Shown here in pieces: positions 6,812-15,870 of a stretch of DNA of 42,848 nt. The DNA lies in the UHGV virus genome UHGV-0210678, one strand, 5' to 3'. Positions within the stretch are counted from its first letter, which is position 1; the number at the start of each line of letters is the position of its first letter. Both the position numbers and the translations under genes were made by a program. The notes below the pieces were generated by a model, which saw only the letters and a program-made list of their open reading frames with translations, searched no databases and had not been told where the DNA came from. The stretch is from a virus.

Positions 6812-7933
6812 ATGTCAGTAACCAAACTTAATAATGGTAAATGGCAAGCCCGTGTCTCTTATAAAGATGATGACGGTAACTATAAGTCGGTTACTCATTT
6901 AGAAAAGCGCAAAACTGACGCTGTTGAGTGGGAAACTAAAACTAAGAATGCTCTGCTGGAAGGTGCTGACTTATCACGTAGTACCGAGAGTCTAAAGCAT
7001 TACTTTCTTGATTGGATCAGAATTTACAAAACTGACGGTGTATCGCGTCATACTCACGAGCTATATATGGGCAACTGGCGCCACGTCTCTGCCTATTTTA
7101 AGGATAAACCTATGAGCGCAATTAAACGTCCAGATTACCAGAAGTTCCTGAATGAATTTGGCCGCAGTCATGGAATTGCCACATCTCACAAGCTTCATCA
7201 ACAAGTACACACTGCAATCAAGGACGCCGTAGCTGATGGCATTCTAAAACGAGACTTTGCTTACAAGGCACACGTCACTGGACGCCCTCCTAAGCCCGTA
7301 GAGGAAAAGTATTTGACGTTGTCCGATTATCAGAAGCTACGTAAATACCTCATTAAAACAGCTGACTATGACCACATGACTATGCTGATGATGCTGTTTC
7401 AACTAGAAACTGGAACCAGGTTCGAGGAGGCTGCTGGTCTAACGTGGGATAATTTGGATTTGAATAATGGAATAGTTCACATTAAACAGCAGTGGGACGC
7501 CCGTAGACAGACTTTTCGTCCAACTAAGGGAAATGGACAGGCCGATGGAGATATAACCATAGGACCCGCCTACTGTCGTTTTATGAGGAGCTATCGTAAT
7601 GCGCAGAAAGATTATTTAGAATTACACGAAATGAAGAATCCTAAGAACCTCGTATTTTGGTCCAAACTAGGAAAAATAGTGGGCAATGGGAATGCAAACG
7701 AAGAGCTAGGACGTATTTGTAACCGTCTAAAGATCAACAAAGTTACAACACACGCCATGAGGCACACACACGCTTCGATTCTTATCCTAAATCATGAGTC
7801 CCTTCCCTATGTTCAACATCGCCTTCGACATCAAAAACTAGAAACGACCGTTAACACCTACGTCCATCTTATTGAAGAAGAAAACGGCGTGTCAGATAAG
7901 AAGGCTACCGAGCTAATGGACGAAGGATTTTAA
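6812..7933 (+). CDS. int: Tyrosine integrase
   Basis: N-terminal arm-binding region; catalytic R (TGTRFEE), HAMRHT, and terminal H..Y (LRHQKLETTVNTY). Confidence 0.95.
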   Translation: MSVTKLNNGKWQARVSYKDDDGNYKSVTHLEKRKTDAVEWETKTKNALLEGADLSRSTESLKHYFLDWIRIYKTDGVSRHTHELYMGNWRHVSAYFKDKPMSAIKRPDYQKFLNEFGRSHGIATSHKLHQQVHTAIKDAVADGILKRDFAYKAHVTGRPPKPVEEKYLTLSDYQKLRKYLIKTADYDHMTMLMMLFQLETGTRFEEAAGLTWDNLDLNNGIVHIKQQWDARRQTFRPTKGNGQADGDITIGPAYCRFMRSYRNAQKDYLELHEMKNPKNLVFWSKLGKIVGNGNANEELGRICNRLKINKVTTHAMRHTHASILILNHESLPYVQHRLRHQKLETTVNTYVHLIEEENGVSDKKATELMDEGF

Positions 7934-7999
7934 AAATGATAATTTTATGATTGCTGTAGTCCTTGTGCCGCAAGGGATTACAAAATCATTTGTTAATTT

Positions 8000-8262
8000 T
8001 TCTTCCAAAAACTGCTATATTTTGGCTACTTTTTTCGTTTTTGGAAGAATCGTGGAAGAACATATCGTGTTTGAGTGGTTTTCGAGTGTAAAACAAAAGC
8101 ACCAAAACGCCTTTATATCAGCGTTTTGGTGCTTTGTCGTTTCTCTATATTTGTCGCCTTATCACCCGCACGGTAGTTATACCATCATAGGTAGCACGCT
8201 ATAAATGCCATTTATAAGCCATTTCTGAAAAAGAGAGATTTTTAATTTACAAATCGTGGAAG
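8000..8262. other. attP region; probable core ~8150-8173
   Basis: Repeated TGGAAG(AA) arm-like sites at 8000-8010 (inverted), 8039-8060 (tandem) and 8252-8262. On the - strand the central part reads CCGTGCGGGTGATAA, like a tRNA 3' end. Confidence 0.65.
8096..8135. terminator. 15-bp perfect inverted repeat (probable bidirectional terminator)
   Basis: AAAGCACCAAAACGC-N10-GCGTTTTGGTGCTTT. Confidence 0.75.
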
Positions 8263-8381
8263 GCTCCCAAATATTTTATATTTTGCATCTCTATTTGTAC
8301 ATATTTATAATATAATAGTTTATATAATTTAAACAAAAAGGAAAAACAATTGGTTTTGATATTTTTATTGGAGGGCATCTC

Positions 8382-8900
8382 ATGTTTGGATGGATTGTTT
8401 TAATTGTATTTTCTATTGCGGCTTGGTTATTATGGGAATCAGATAAAAATGGTTGGGCTTTGATGAGTCTCATTGGTGTAATTGTAGGGATAATGATGAT
8501 ATTTAGTATTGGACCGTTTAAATGGCCCGGTTATACCAATCCTGAACAAGCAATTAATTTTGCAGCCAAGAGAGATCAATTTAATATCACATTGTATACC
8601 GTTGATGATGTGGGTGGTGCAGGCCCTACTGCGGGTAATGCAATATATATTTTAGAGAACACACACAAAAAAGGGTATGTATTTAAACACGATGGCAAAT
8701 ATTTTTACTTACTTGAAAGGGTAACGTATATTGACAACGTAAATGATCCTACAAGTAAATACTCATATGCAGTTGATGCAATTCCTGTAGATCAGAAGGG
8801 GGATATACCGGGAGATTATAGAAGTGTAAACATTCAAGAATATACAGGAGGGCATGCAAAAGAGGCTGTCGGGTTAAAATACTCAGATCTCCCATTTTAA
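8382..8900 (+). CDS. Moron membrane protein (two N-terminal TM helices plus soluble domain)
   Basis: GGAGG RBS; upstream TATAAT boxes; hydrophobic N-terminus. Confidence 0.75.
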   Translation: MFGWIVLIVFSIAAWLLWESDKNGWALMSLIGVIVGIMMIFSIGPFKWPGYTNPEQAINFAAKRDQFNITLYTVDDVGGAGPTAGNAIYILENTHKKGYVFKHDGKYFYLLERVTYIDNVNDPTSKYSYAVDAIPVDQKGDIPGDYRSVNIQEYTGGHAKEAVGLKYSDLPF

Positions 8901-9004
8901 CACAAATTTCATACCCGGCCGAAATTTCTCTTTTTTCTTGATTTTCTACTACCCGAGAACTATCTGTCTATGCCCACGCCTGCCCCGCGTGAGCATTTTT
9001 TTGT

Positions 9005-9040
9005 AAAAAAATAGCCCGTACCAGCCGAAGCCAGTACGGG
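9005..9040 (-). terminator. Intrinsic terminator with cUUCGg tetraloop
   Basis: On -: CCCGTACTGGC-TTCG-GCTGGTACGGG-CTATTTTTTT. Confidence 0.7.
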
Positions 9041-9244
9041 TATAGTTTAACCAATAAATAGTTTGTTACTAGGAAAAAACATACGTAATAAGATGTGGCC
9101 TGATGACGTTACATTAAAAAATTGACATCTATGCCTTATTTTTATATCAAGTTTGGCATAACTTGTACCAAAATTGTGTTGTTAAAAATGAAGCTCGCTC
9201 ACAACTAAACCAGTACTACACTTAAGCATATAAATAGTGTCTAT

Positions 9245-9817
9245 TTAGTCTAAATACCCCATAATTTCAACTATACTATCAATATCAACAAACAAGGGAT
9301 ATGTGTCAGGTATCATCATTGTCTGCTTGTCATCATAGTCATAGTGTAAATATCTAAAATTATAACGCGTATAAAATTCCAAGGCATCTGGCAGCGATCC
9401 CACTACTATCCCTATAAGGCCGAGATTAAAAAGGTGTCTCATTTTAATTACATTTTTGAATATATCAAGAATCATGCTTGCACCCACATGCATATCCTGA
9501 TACTTTTTAGCAACTCCGAACCACGAAATCTCAACTGCAGGTAATACAATACTTTGATTATTATCTTCCGGAAGGCTGCGCAACTCATTAAACATCCTTC
9601 TATCATACGGTGTTTTTACCTCAATAATACTGGTAGAAATCGTATAATAACTAACAAGTTGTGTCTCATCATAATAAACCGTAGTTGATCGTATATTATT
9701 ACTCTCATCTTCTAGGGCCTTCGTTTTCAAGTAATTATTGACTAGATTATTCCCACAATCAAATTCATTTAATAGATGATCATCAGTTAGACCGGAAATG
9801 TTACTTTTGCGTATCAA
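9245..9817 (-). CDS. GNAT acetyltransferase, AtaT/TacT-type toxin-like
   Basis: FDCGN..VNNYL, VSYYTIS, LPAVEISWFGVAKKYQ..VG and ALEFYTRYNF motifs. Confidence 0.8.
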   Translation of the reverse strand: MIRKSNISGLTDDHLLNEFDCGNNLVNNYLKTKALEDESNNIRSTTVYYDETQLVSYYTISTSIIEVKTPYDRRMFNELRSLPEDNNQSIVLPAVEISWFGVAKKYQDMHVGASMILDIFKNVIKMRHLFNLGLIGIVVGSLPDALEFYTRYNFRYLHYDYDDKQTMMIPDTYPLFVDIDSIVEIMGYLD

Positions 9818-9992
9818 ATAGTATCGTTGCTTTTCTCAAGGAGGTAACCGCCCTATTGATGCCTTTACGCCGTGAAATAGTATCATGTCCCATAGTACTA
9901 GGCAGTAAGTTACTCATTATATCGCGTAAATCATTGTGTTCTGAAGCTGTAATAACCTGCTTTAAACTTTTCCTATCATTCACAACAGCCAT
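9801..9992 (-). CDS. 63-aa putative antitoxin
   Basis: Strong RBS GAGGGAGG; overlaps the GNAT gene start; promoter TTTACA-18-TATAAT at 10057-10028. Confidence 0.65.
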   Translation of the reverse strand: MAVVNDRKSLKQVITASEHNDLRDIMSNLLPSTMGHDTISRRKGINRAVTSLRKATILFDTQK

Positions 9993-10263
9993 AGTTATTC
10001 CTCCCTCTTATCGATAACTTTTCATTAATTATAGTGGATTTTCGCTGACTTTGTAAAGCATTATTATCTTGCTCTGACATAAACTTACATATTTGAATTA
10101 GCTAACTCTTAATTTATAGCTGGGATAAATCGTGGAATCAATAGTCTTTCCATTTAATTTAACTAGCGTATTCATCCCCATAGAGAATCGCTGGGCAATT
10201 ACCCACCATGAATACCACCCGCTAATTGCCAGTAATGTAGTTTCACAGTAGTGAGTATTAAAG

Positions 10264-10385
10264 TTGCACGATTTCTCATGTATTCCTATGATAATAATGG
10301 AACCTAGTAATAATCTGGTTTTCTCTTTCGCTAAGATACTTTTTCTTATGTATTAGCCGTCTGCCTTTACAGCAGGCGGCTTTTT
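10264..10385 (+). ncRNA. Candidate ~85-nt sRNA unit
   Basis: TTGCAC-17-TATGAT promoter, no ORF, terminator AGCCGTCTGC/GCAGGCGGCT-TTTTT. Confidence 0.5.
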
Positions 10386-10388
10386 ACG

Positions 10389-10418
10389 CAAAAAATCCCC
10401 CACGCCGAAGCGCAGGGG
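10389..10418 (-). terminator. Duplicated terminator-like hairpin, copy A
   Basis: CAAAAAATCCCCCACGCCGAAGC (23 bp) identical to 10892-10914; UUCG loop on -. Confidence 0.65.
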
Positions 10419-10762
10419 AATTAATCAAGTTATAACTATCATCTAGAAACTACACTAGAGACAATTAATATTATACTTATTACTTGCTATTCTGTAAAGT
10501 CTTGTAGTTATCTAATTAGCTATATTGACAGCTAATAATGCTAAATCTAAACTCTCACTAACAAAATATACAGGCAAGCAACACAAAAAAATCTTCCACT
10601 CATCAAGCAGAAGATTATCCTCATCACTTCCGGCACCACTAACCGACAATCTTGGGGGGATTTGAAAGCTGTGATACTAATAACAGGACAAGGGACATAA
10701 TAACACTTGTCGGTTTATATCACAATACCGAAAGTAATCTATAGAAAAATATTAATAAGTCC

Positions 10763-10878
10763 TTGTTATATTAATCAGGTTTAATGTATAATAACTGTGT
10801 TCTTTATTATCTTAGGAGAAACAGAACACCCATTTTATTTATTTAAACATTGGGCCAGTCTTGACTGGCTCTTTTTTA
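10763..10878 (+). ncRNA. Candidate ~80-nt sRNA unit
   Basis: TTGTTA-18-TATAAT promoter, GTGTTCT/AGAACAC hairpin, terminator GCCAGTC/GACTGGC-TCTTTTTT. Confidence 0.5.
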
Positions 10879-10891
10879 TATATTTTGTTAA

Positions 10892-10922
10892 CAAAAAATC
10901 CCCCACGCCGAAGCATGGGGGA
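10892..10922 (-). terminator. Lysis operon terminator (copy B)
   Basis: Hairpin TCCCCCATGC-TTCG-GCGTGGGGGA-TTTTTT on -, just after the holin. Confidence 0.8.
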
Positions 10923-10946
10923 CTAGAACAGTTCACGATTATTATA

Positions 10947-11324
10947 CTACTTTTGGCTTGCTTGTGAGGCGGATTCTGACGCCATTTCAGTGTCAGAAGC
11001 TGCAGAACTATTCACTGCAGCGACTGTGGACGTTGGTGTTTGCGCTTCGTCAGCAACCGCATTAGCGGTCGCTTCGACTTGACTTTCCTCGTCACTTTTA
11101 ACTGTTGGTACTGTCAATGTTTGAACGTCAGTAATAACGCCCAGCATACCAAGGATCGTTAATACAGTGTTGATAACGGCAACAATGGCTGACCAGTCAC
11201 CGGTAAATTTAATACCAAACATGGCAAAAACTTGTTGAACTAACACAATTAATAACGAAATAATCCCAGCAATCAATTTTCCATTCAAGCTTCCGTCAGC
11301 ATTCTTAAAACTAATTTTTTTCAT
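10947..11324 (-). CDS. Holin (phiLC3-like, two TM helices, acidic tail)
   Basis: ATG at 11324; two TM helices with INTVLTILGMLGVI motif; follows the lysin. Confidence 0.85.
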   Translation of the reverse strand: MKKISFKNADGSLNGKLIAGIISLLIVLVQQVFAMFGIKFTGDWSAIVAVINTVLTILGMLGVITDVQTLTVPTVKSDEESQVEATANAVADEAQTPTSTVAAVNSSAASDTEMASESASQASQK

Positions 11325-11607
11325 TTCCTTTGGCTTCCTTTTCATATAGGTGTTTAAATTCAATGTCATGGCCATCTAACCGGCCTTCTACCTTAATGAC
11401 CCGATTTTCAATAGCGTTCATTGTGTCGGCGTTTTGCTGTCTCACTTTTAAACTTTCATCGGTAAAACGGCTAAGCCGCTTGCCTAAATCGTTAAGCGGG
11501 ATACGGACCGTCTTATTGAGAATCCAATTAGCTAATACACAAATACTAGTGACAATGGCAACAATCGATCCCCATTCATCCCAACCTAATCCTAATAGTG
11601 TATGCAA
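11311..11607 (-). CDS. Lysis-cassette membrane protein (one TM plus coiled coil)
   Basis: Lies between lysin and holin; N-terminal TM, heptad-like C-terminus. Confidence 0.7.
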   Translation of the reverse strand: MHTLLGLGWDEWGSIVAIVTSICVLANWILNKTVRIPLNDLGKRLSRFTDESLKVRQQNADTMNAIENRVIKVEGRLDGHDIEFKHLYEKEAKGNEKN

Positions 11608-12765
11608 TTACCGCACCACCAATCGCTGGCCAGGATAGATAGTGGTGTAAATCGTCTTGCCGTTCTGACTAGCTAATGTAGTCATGTTTAGGCCGTTGCG
11701 TTGTGCGATTGTCCACCAGCTATCGCCATACTTAACTGTGTAGTACGTATGAGTTACACCACTCTTTACATATTCCAGCGTATTGCTTGCCGGGCCGGTT
11801 GCTAGATAACCATAACCATTAAAACGTGGTTGGCGTACCCAACGATAGCCACCCTGAATAATGGCTCGGTCAGTCTTGATCGTGGTTCCGGCTGGTAAAA
11901 TAGTGATCGCATTTGATGACGTTGACGCGCCTGTGTGCAGCTTAACCGCAGTCTTGAGTGTGTAAGTTTTCGTTTCCTTGATCCACTTGGCTGACGTAGA
12001 TGGCTTATAAATGTTTTTGTTTGCTTTTCGGTTGTTGGCCTTAACTGCACCTTTATTAGTCGGCTTGACCGTTGATTTCTGACCAGCAGTGTAGTAATCA
12101 GTATAAAGTTGACTGACGTCAAAACCACCATAACTAATCCGGAAATGGACTGACCCAGACCATTGCCAAGCATTGTTATTCATATACCATTTCTTGCCAG
12201 CTGGCACAAACGGATAGCCAGCAATCCAGCCAGTTTTGCCCTTGATGGTCATCTTATTGTTAGCCCATGATCCAGACGTGTAAATGTCGGCCCGATAACC
12301 AAACTTTTCGATCTCTTTCATGAAGGCGGCATTGTTGCGGTCATTGGTTGCTTGTGACAAGATTCCTTGTTCTTCAGCCGATTCTACGTCCGTTGCCAAT
12401 ACTGCGCCCACCGGTAACCCGGCCGCTTTGGCTGCCTGACCAGCATAATCAGCTTCGGCAATCGCTTGGGCCTTAGTTTTATAATGGGCAAAATGATAGC
12501 CGTTGACGTATAAGCCAGCCGCTTGACCATTAGCGATATTGCTAGCAGCATAGCCATCTTTGAAGGTTGTGCCTTCACTAATCTTAACGGTGAGGGCCTT
12601 AACACCAAACTCGTTACGCATCGAAACATACTCAGCGGTACTCATATAGCCGTTGTTATTCGACACATCGACCATATCCATGCGGGCAGCGTTAGCATTT
12701 AGCCCTAAAAAAAGAGTCGCCATGGTGGCGGCTCCAGCCAATAATAGTTTATTTTTTAGTTTCAC
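11608..12765 (-). CDS. Endolysin: signal peptide, GH25 muramidase, SH3-like domain, LysM
   Basis: AAGGAG RBS then GTG at 12765; signal ending ANA; VDVSNNNG, VKISEGT and DVE motifs; C-terminal YTVKYGDSWWTIA..IYPGQRL. Confidence 0.92.
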   Translation of the reverse strand: MKLKNKLLLAGAATMATLFLGLNANAARMDMVDVSNNNGYMSTAEYVSMRNEFGVKALTVKISEGTTFKDGYAASNIANGQAAGLYVNGYHFAHYKTKAQAIAEADYAGQAAKAAGLPVGAVLATDVESAEEQGILSQATNDRNNAAFMKEIEKFGYRADIYTSGSWANNKMTIKGKTGWIAGYPFVPAGKKWYMNNNAWQWSGSVHFRISYGGFDVSQLYTDYYTAGQKSTVKPTNKGAVKANNRKANKNIYKPSTSAKWIKETKTYTLKTAVKLHTGASTSSNAITILPAGTTIKTDRAIIQGGYRWVRQPRFNGYGYLATGPASNTLEYVKSGVTHTYYTVKYGDSWWTIAQRNGLNMTTLASQNGKTIYTTIYPGQRLVVR

Positions 12766-12778
12766 CCTCATCATCTCC

Positions 12779-15361
12779 TTAATGCGCGTTAATAAAATCA
12801 ACAATCTTGTTAGCAACTCGATACTCACCAGCTTGGTTAGGATGCAAGCCATCACGTAAGTATGCTGTTGCCTGTCCCGGAATAAACGGGCTGATGCCAG
12901 ATTCGGCATATAAGTCAAGTATCGGCAAACTGTAGTAGTCGGCAACTCGCTTAATTGCATTCACGTAGTCACTTTGGAGAAGGCCTTGTTTGTTCTTTGT
13001 AAAACTATCCGGAGATTGATTGTAACCATGTTGTTTCATCGGTGTCAGCACAATGATCTTACTAGTAGGATTATTAGTAATTAATGTTTTAAAAACGTAA
13101 TCGGTCGCGCCAAACACAGTTGACTGGTCATCATCACCAAAAATTCCTAGCTTACGCCCATAGTGGAAGTCATTTATCCCAAACCAAACGGTAATCAGGT
13201 CGCCTTTGATTCCCGCTACTCGTTCAACTGCACTGTCGGTTCTGCTATCATCCTTAGTAAACGTCGACCCTGATACACCGGCATTGGCCATTGTCGCAAG
13301 CCGCAAACGACTTTTAACAATGTCACACCATTTTGTAGGGTTATACGACCATGTAATTGAGTCACCAAACGCCACCCCGTCTTCCATGCCATAATCAATT
13401 TTACCTAAATTGGTTTTGGCAAACACAATTGGAAAATCAAAATTATAAGATGGCGTAACCCCCGTCCAACTAATCCAGCCGATATAAAGCTCATCATTTG
13501 CTTGCTCACCAGCTGAACTAGAACTCGTTATTTTTAAAGTCGTTTGATTGATATACAGGAAACTGGCGCTCGTCGAATTGCTTAAGTCAATTGGATCCGG
13601 ATTAGCCGACCGGATATCTTTCATACCATATTGAGTGATAAAGTGAACGTAAGTATTTTGTGGGACAGTCAACGTTTTAGAATCTATGTCCAAGATAAAT
13701 GGAGCACCCATAGCAAAATACCCATTACGATTAAAGGCCGTGACTTGTGTGCTATAACCATCGATTGTATACCACAACTTCAAATTAATATTTGGTATCA
13801 AATCCCAACTAATATACCCAAGATAGAAATAAGCCTTTGAAGCCTTGGTAACTGAATCGACTACGGCAAACTCCATGTTGAGGGAATCATAAAAAATAAA
13901 GCTAACGGTACCACCAGTATCAAGATTGATGGTCCCAGAGTTTGGAATTCTAGTCATGTCTTGCCCATCAAATAGATTCTTGTAGTCGTCAGGAATCTCT
14001 AAAGTCTTGGCTTTTAAGTCCAACTTGAATGGTTTTCCCGAAGCTAGATAAATATCATGTTGAATTTGAGGAAATGTCTGATTAACTCCATCCACTGTAA
14101 CCGATGCTACGTTCAATGAATAAGTGACCGAACCGGCAATGCTGACCCAACCTAATCCAACGTTATCAGCAGGAATGTCAGATGATCCATAAACTTCGAA
14201 TTGTTTACTATTTTTAGAATAAGTAATCCAAAACCCAGTTTCATCCGGATTGTCAGTAACCAATTTAATCAAAACGTCGCCAGGAATCGAGTCCTTAGTA
14301 CTGATGACTTCGGTGCCAGCGATGATGGCCCAAACATTCGAAAGTGTTAGGGTTTTAGCTACTGAATCAATTACCGCGGGTGCTCCTGATGCGATGTAAC
14401 CATACCGAGCTGATGGGCTTAATTTTTGAACACTGACGGTACCATCTTTGATTTCGGTAGATTGGTAGGCGCCACCATCTACCCAAGTACCATCCGGCCC
14501 CCACATCCACTTATGACCAGTATCAATAGTGATAAAGACGCCATCATGTCCTGATGGATAAGTTGTCTTTAAAACGTCTGAACTAGCAATAGCGTGCGGT
14601 TGACCGCCATCAAAGTTAGTGAAGCCGCGTTTGATCATATTGACTACTTCAGTATTAGTTGGCCGCTTGCCCAACTGAGTCATAAGGTTAGCATTCAGCT
14701 TAGCCAGGGCCTGTTCTAATTGAGTATTGGTAGCAATGTCGCTGGACTTGATTTTACTTTGTAATACATCCAGCTGGCTAATCATTTCTGCCAAATGATT
14801 TGAAGCATCTGAACTCAAACTGGCGATTTTGTCAAATTCAGTTTGGAATTCAGACTTATACTTACTATTAGTAGCAGTAACAGCCTGTTGAGCTGAATCT
14901 AGTAGTTTCTGCAATTCCGTCCGGAACGGTGCCTTATTGACAAACATGTCTGGGTTGCCATTATAGACGTGGAACCAGACATTGAACGTTGTTACCCGCT
15001 TACCGTCAGCGTTTTGCAACCCCAAGAAACCATAAAAATAGCCTTCCTGCGGGAACATAGTTCCGGGAAGGTTCATCTTAACTCGACCCAAGCCAACAAT
15101 ATCATCGCTAGTCCCCACATAACTAACTGCTTCACCGGTTTCAGCGGTCACTTGGTCGTTTTCATCAAGGCTACCCACGAAACCGGTCAAGAATGGCACT
15201 AACCCATCTTGAAACTGTTGCGCCAATCCACGTTCTTTGAAATTGACTACCAATGGAACCTGTTCGTCGCCTACCCGGCCGTTAAAACTATCGCTAAGAT
15301 TAAACCCATCGCCCGAGCCAATTTGTTGCTTATACGTATCTAACGTAATCGTATTAATCAT
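12779..15361 (-). CDS. Baseplate upper/receptor-binding protein with C-terminal SGNH (GDSL) esterase
   Basis: BppU-like N-terminus, coiled coil, repeated beta modules, SGNH blocks GDSIT, GVSGS, GINDF, DGLHP. Confidence 0.85.
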   Translation of the reverse strand: MINTITLDTYKQQIGSGDGFNLSDSFNGRVGDEQVPLVVNFKERGLAQQFQDGLVPFLTGFVGSLDENDQVTAETGEAVSYVGTSDDIVGLGRVKMNLPGTMFPQEGYFYGFLGLQNADGKRVTTFNVWFHVYNGNPDMFVNKAPFRTELQKLLDSAQQAVTATNSKYKSEFQTEFDKIASLSSDASNHLAEMISQLDVLQSKIKSSDIATNTQLEQALAKLNANLMTQLGKRPTNTEVVNMIKRGFTNFDGGQPHAIASSDVLKTTYPSGHDGVFITIDTGHKWMWGPDGTWVDGGAYQSTEIKDGTVSVQKLSPSARYGYIASGAPAVIDSVAKTLTLSNVWAIIAGTEVISTKDSIPGDVLIKLVTDNPDETGFWITYSKNSKQFEVYGSSDIPADNVGLGWVSIAGSVTYSLNVASVTVDGVNQTFPQIQHDIYLASGKPFKLDLKAKTLEIPDDYKNLFDGQDMTRIPNSGTINLDTGGTVSFIFYDSLNMEFAVVDSVTKASKAYFYLGYISWDLIPNINLKLWYTIDGYSTQVTAFNRNGYFAMGAPFILDIDSKTLTVPQNTYVHFITQYGMKDIRSANPDPIDLSNSTSASFLYINQTTLKITSSSSAGEQANDELYIGWISWTGVTPSYNFDFPIVFAKTNLGKIDYGMEDGVAFGDSITWSYNPTKWCDIVKSRLRLATMANAGVSGSTFTKDDSRTDSAVERVAGIKGDLITVWFGINDFHYGRKLGIFGDDDQSTVFGATDYVFKTLITNNPTSKIIVLTPMKQHGYNQSPDSFTKNKQGLLQSDYVNAIKRVADYYSLPILDLYAESGISPFIPGQATAYLRDGLHPNQAGEYRVANKIVDFINAH

Positions 15362-15652
15362 TTACTCACCTTCCTCAGTCTCTACTACTTTGCCGTTAAC
15401 AATTTGGATCGGTACATCATACTTAGTCAAAATATTAACAAGTTCATGCATATTTTCATCCTGAACTCGAATTTTTGATTCAATTGTAGTTTGTGTCTCT
15501 TTAATATCACTTTGCCGGTGCTCTATCGTAGCTTGATTATCAAGTATGTCATTGAAAGTATCTTGAGTTATCACGAAGTTGGATATCAGCATTTCCCGTA
15601 GCGGAGCATCATACACAGCAGATAATTCATTAGTGAATAATTTAATGCTCAT
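15362..15652 (-). CDS. Small baseplate-region protein
   Basis: Translationally coupled within the tail operon. Confidence 0.7.
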   Translation of the reverse strand: MSIKLFTNELSAVYDAPLREMLISNFVITQDTFNDILDNQATIEHRQSDIKETQTTIESKIRVQDENMHELVNILTKYDVPIQIVNGKVVETEEGE

Positions 15653-15870
15653 TCAACCGCCTCCTTCTTTTGCCACGTCACTTTCCCGTCATTATCAATG
15701 GCAGGTTCCCATACCGTTCCATCTGGTGACGTCAACTGCCCAATTAAACTTAGTCGTTGGTCCAAGTCATCACTAGTAACTAACTCTGGTTTATTGGCAA
15801 TCTTCTCCCATCTAATTGGAAACTGCATTGAAAGAATATTAATAGCCTGTTGCACCGTCATTCTATCCAT
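15649..15870 (-). CDS. Small baseplate-region protein
   Basis: Overlaps both neighbours; LTSPDGTVWEPAIDNDG hairpin motif. Confidence 0.7.
   Translation of the reverse strand: MDRMTVQQAINILSMQFPIRWEKIANKPELVTSDDLDQRLSLIGQLTSPDGTVWEPAIDNDGKVTWQKKEAVE

Noticed and set aside
7947..8204. 85-aa ORF after int
   Set aside because: Spans the attP repeats and terminator; no RBS.
12766..12960. N-terminal extension of the lysin in the ORF track
   Set aside because: Overlaps the receptor-binding gene; the RBS and signal peptide point to a start near 12765.
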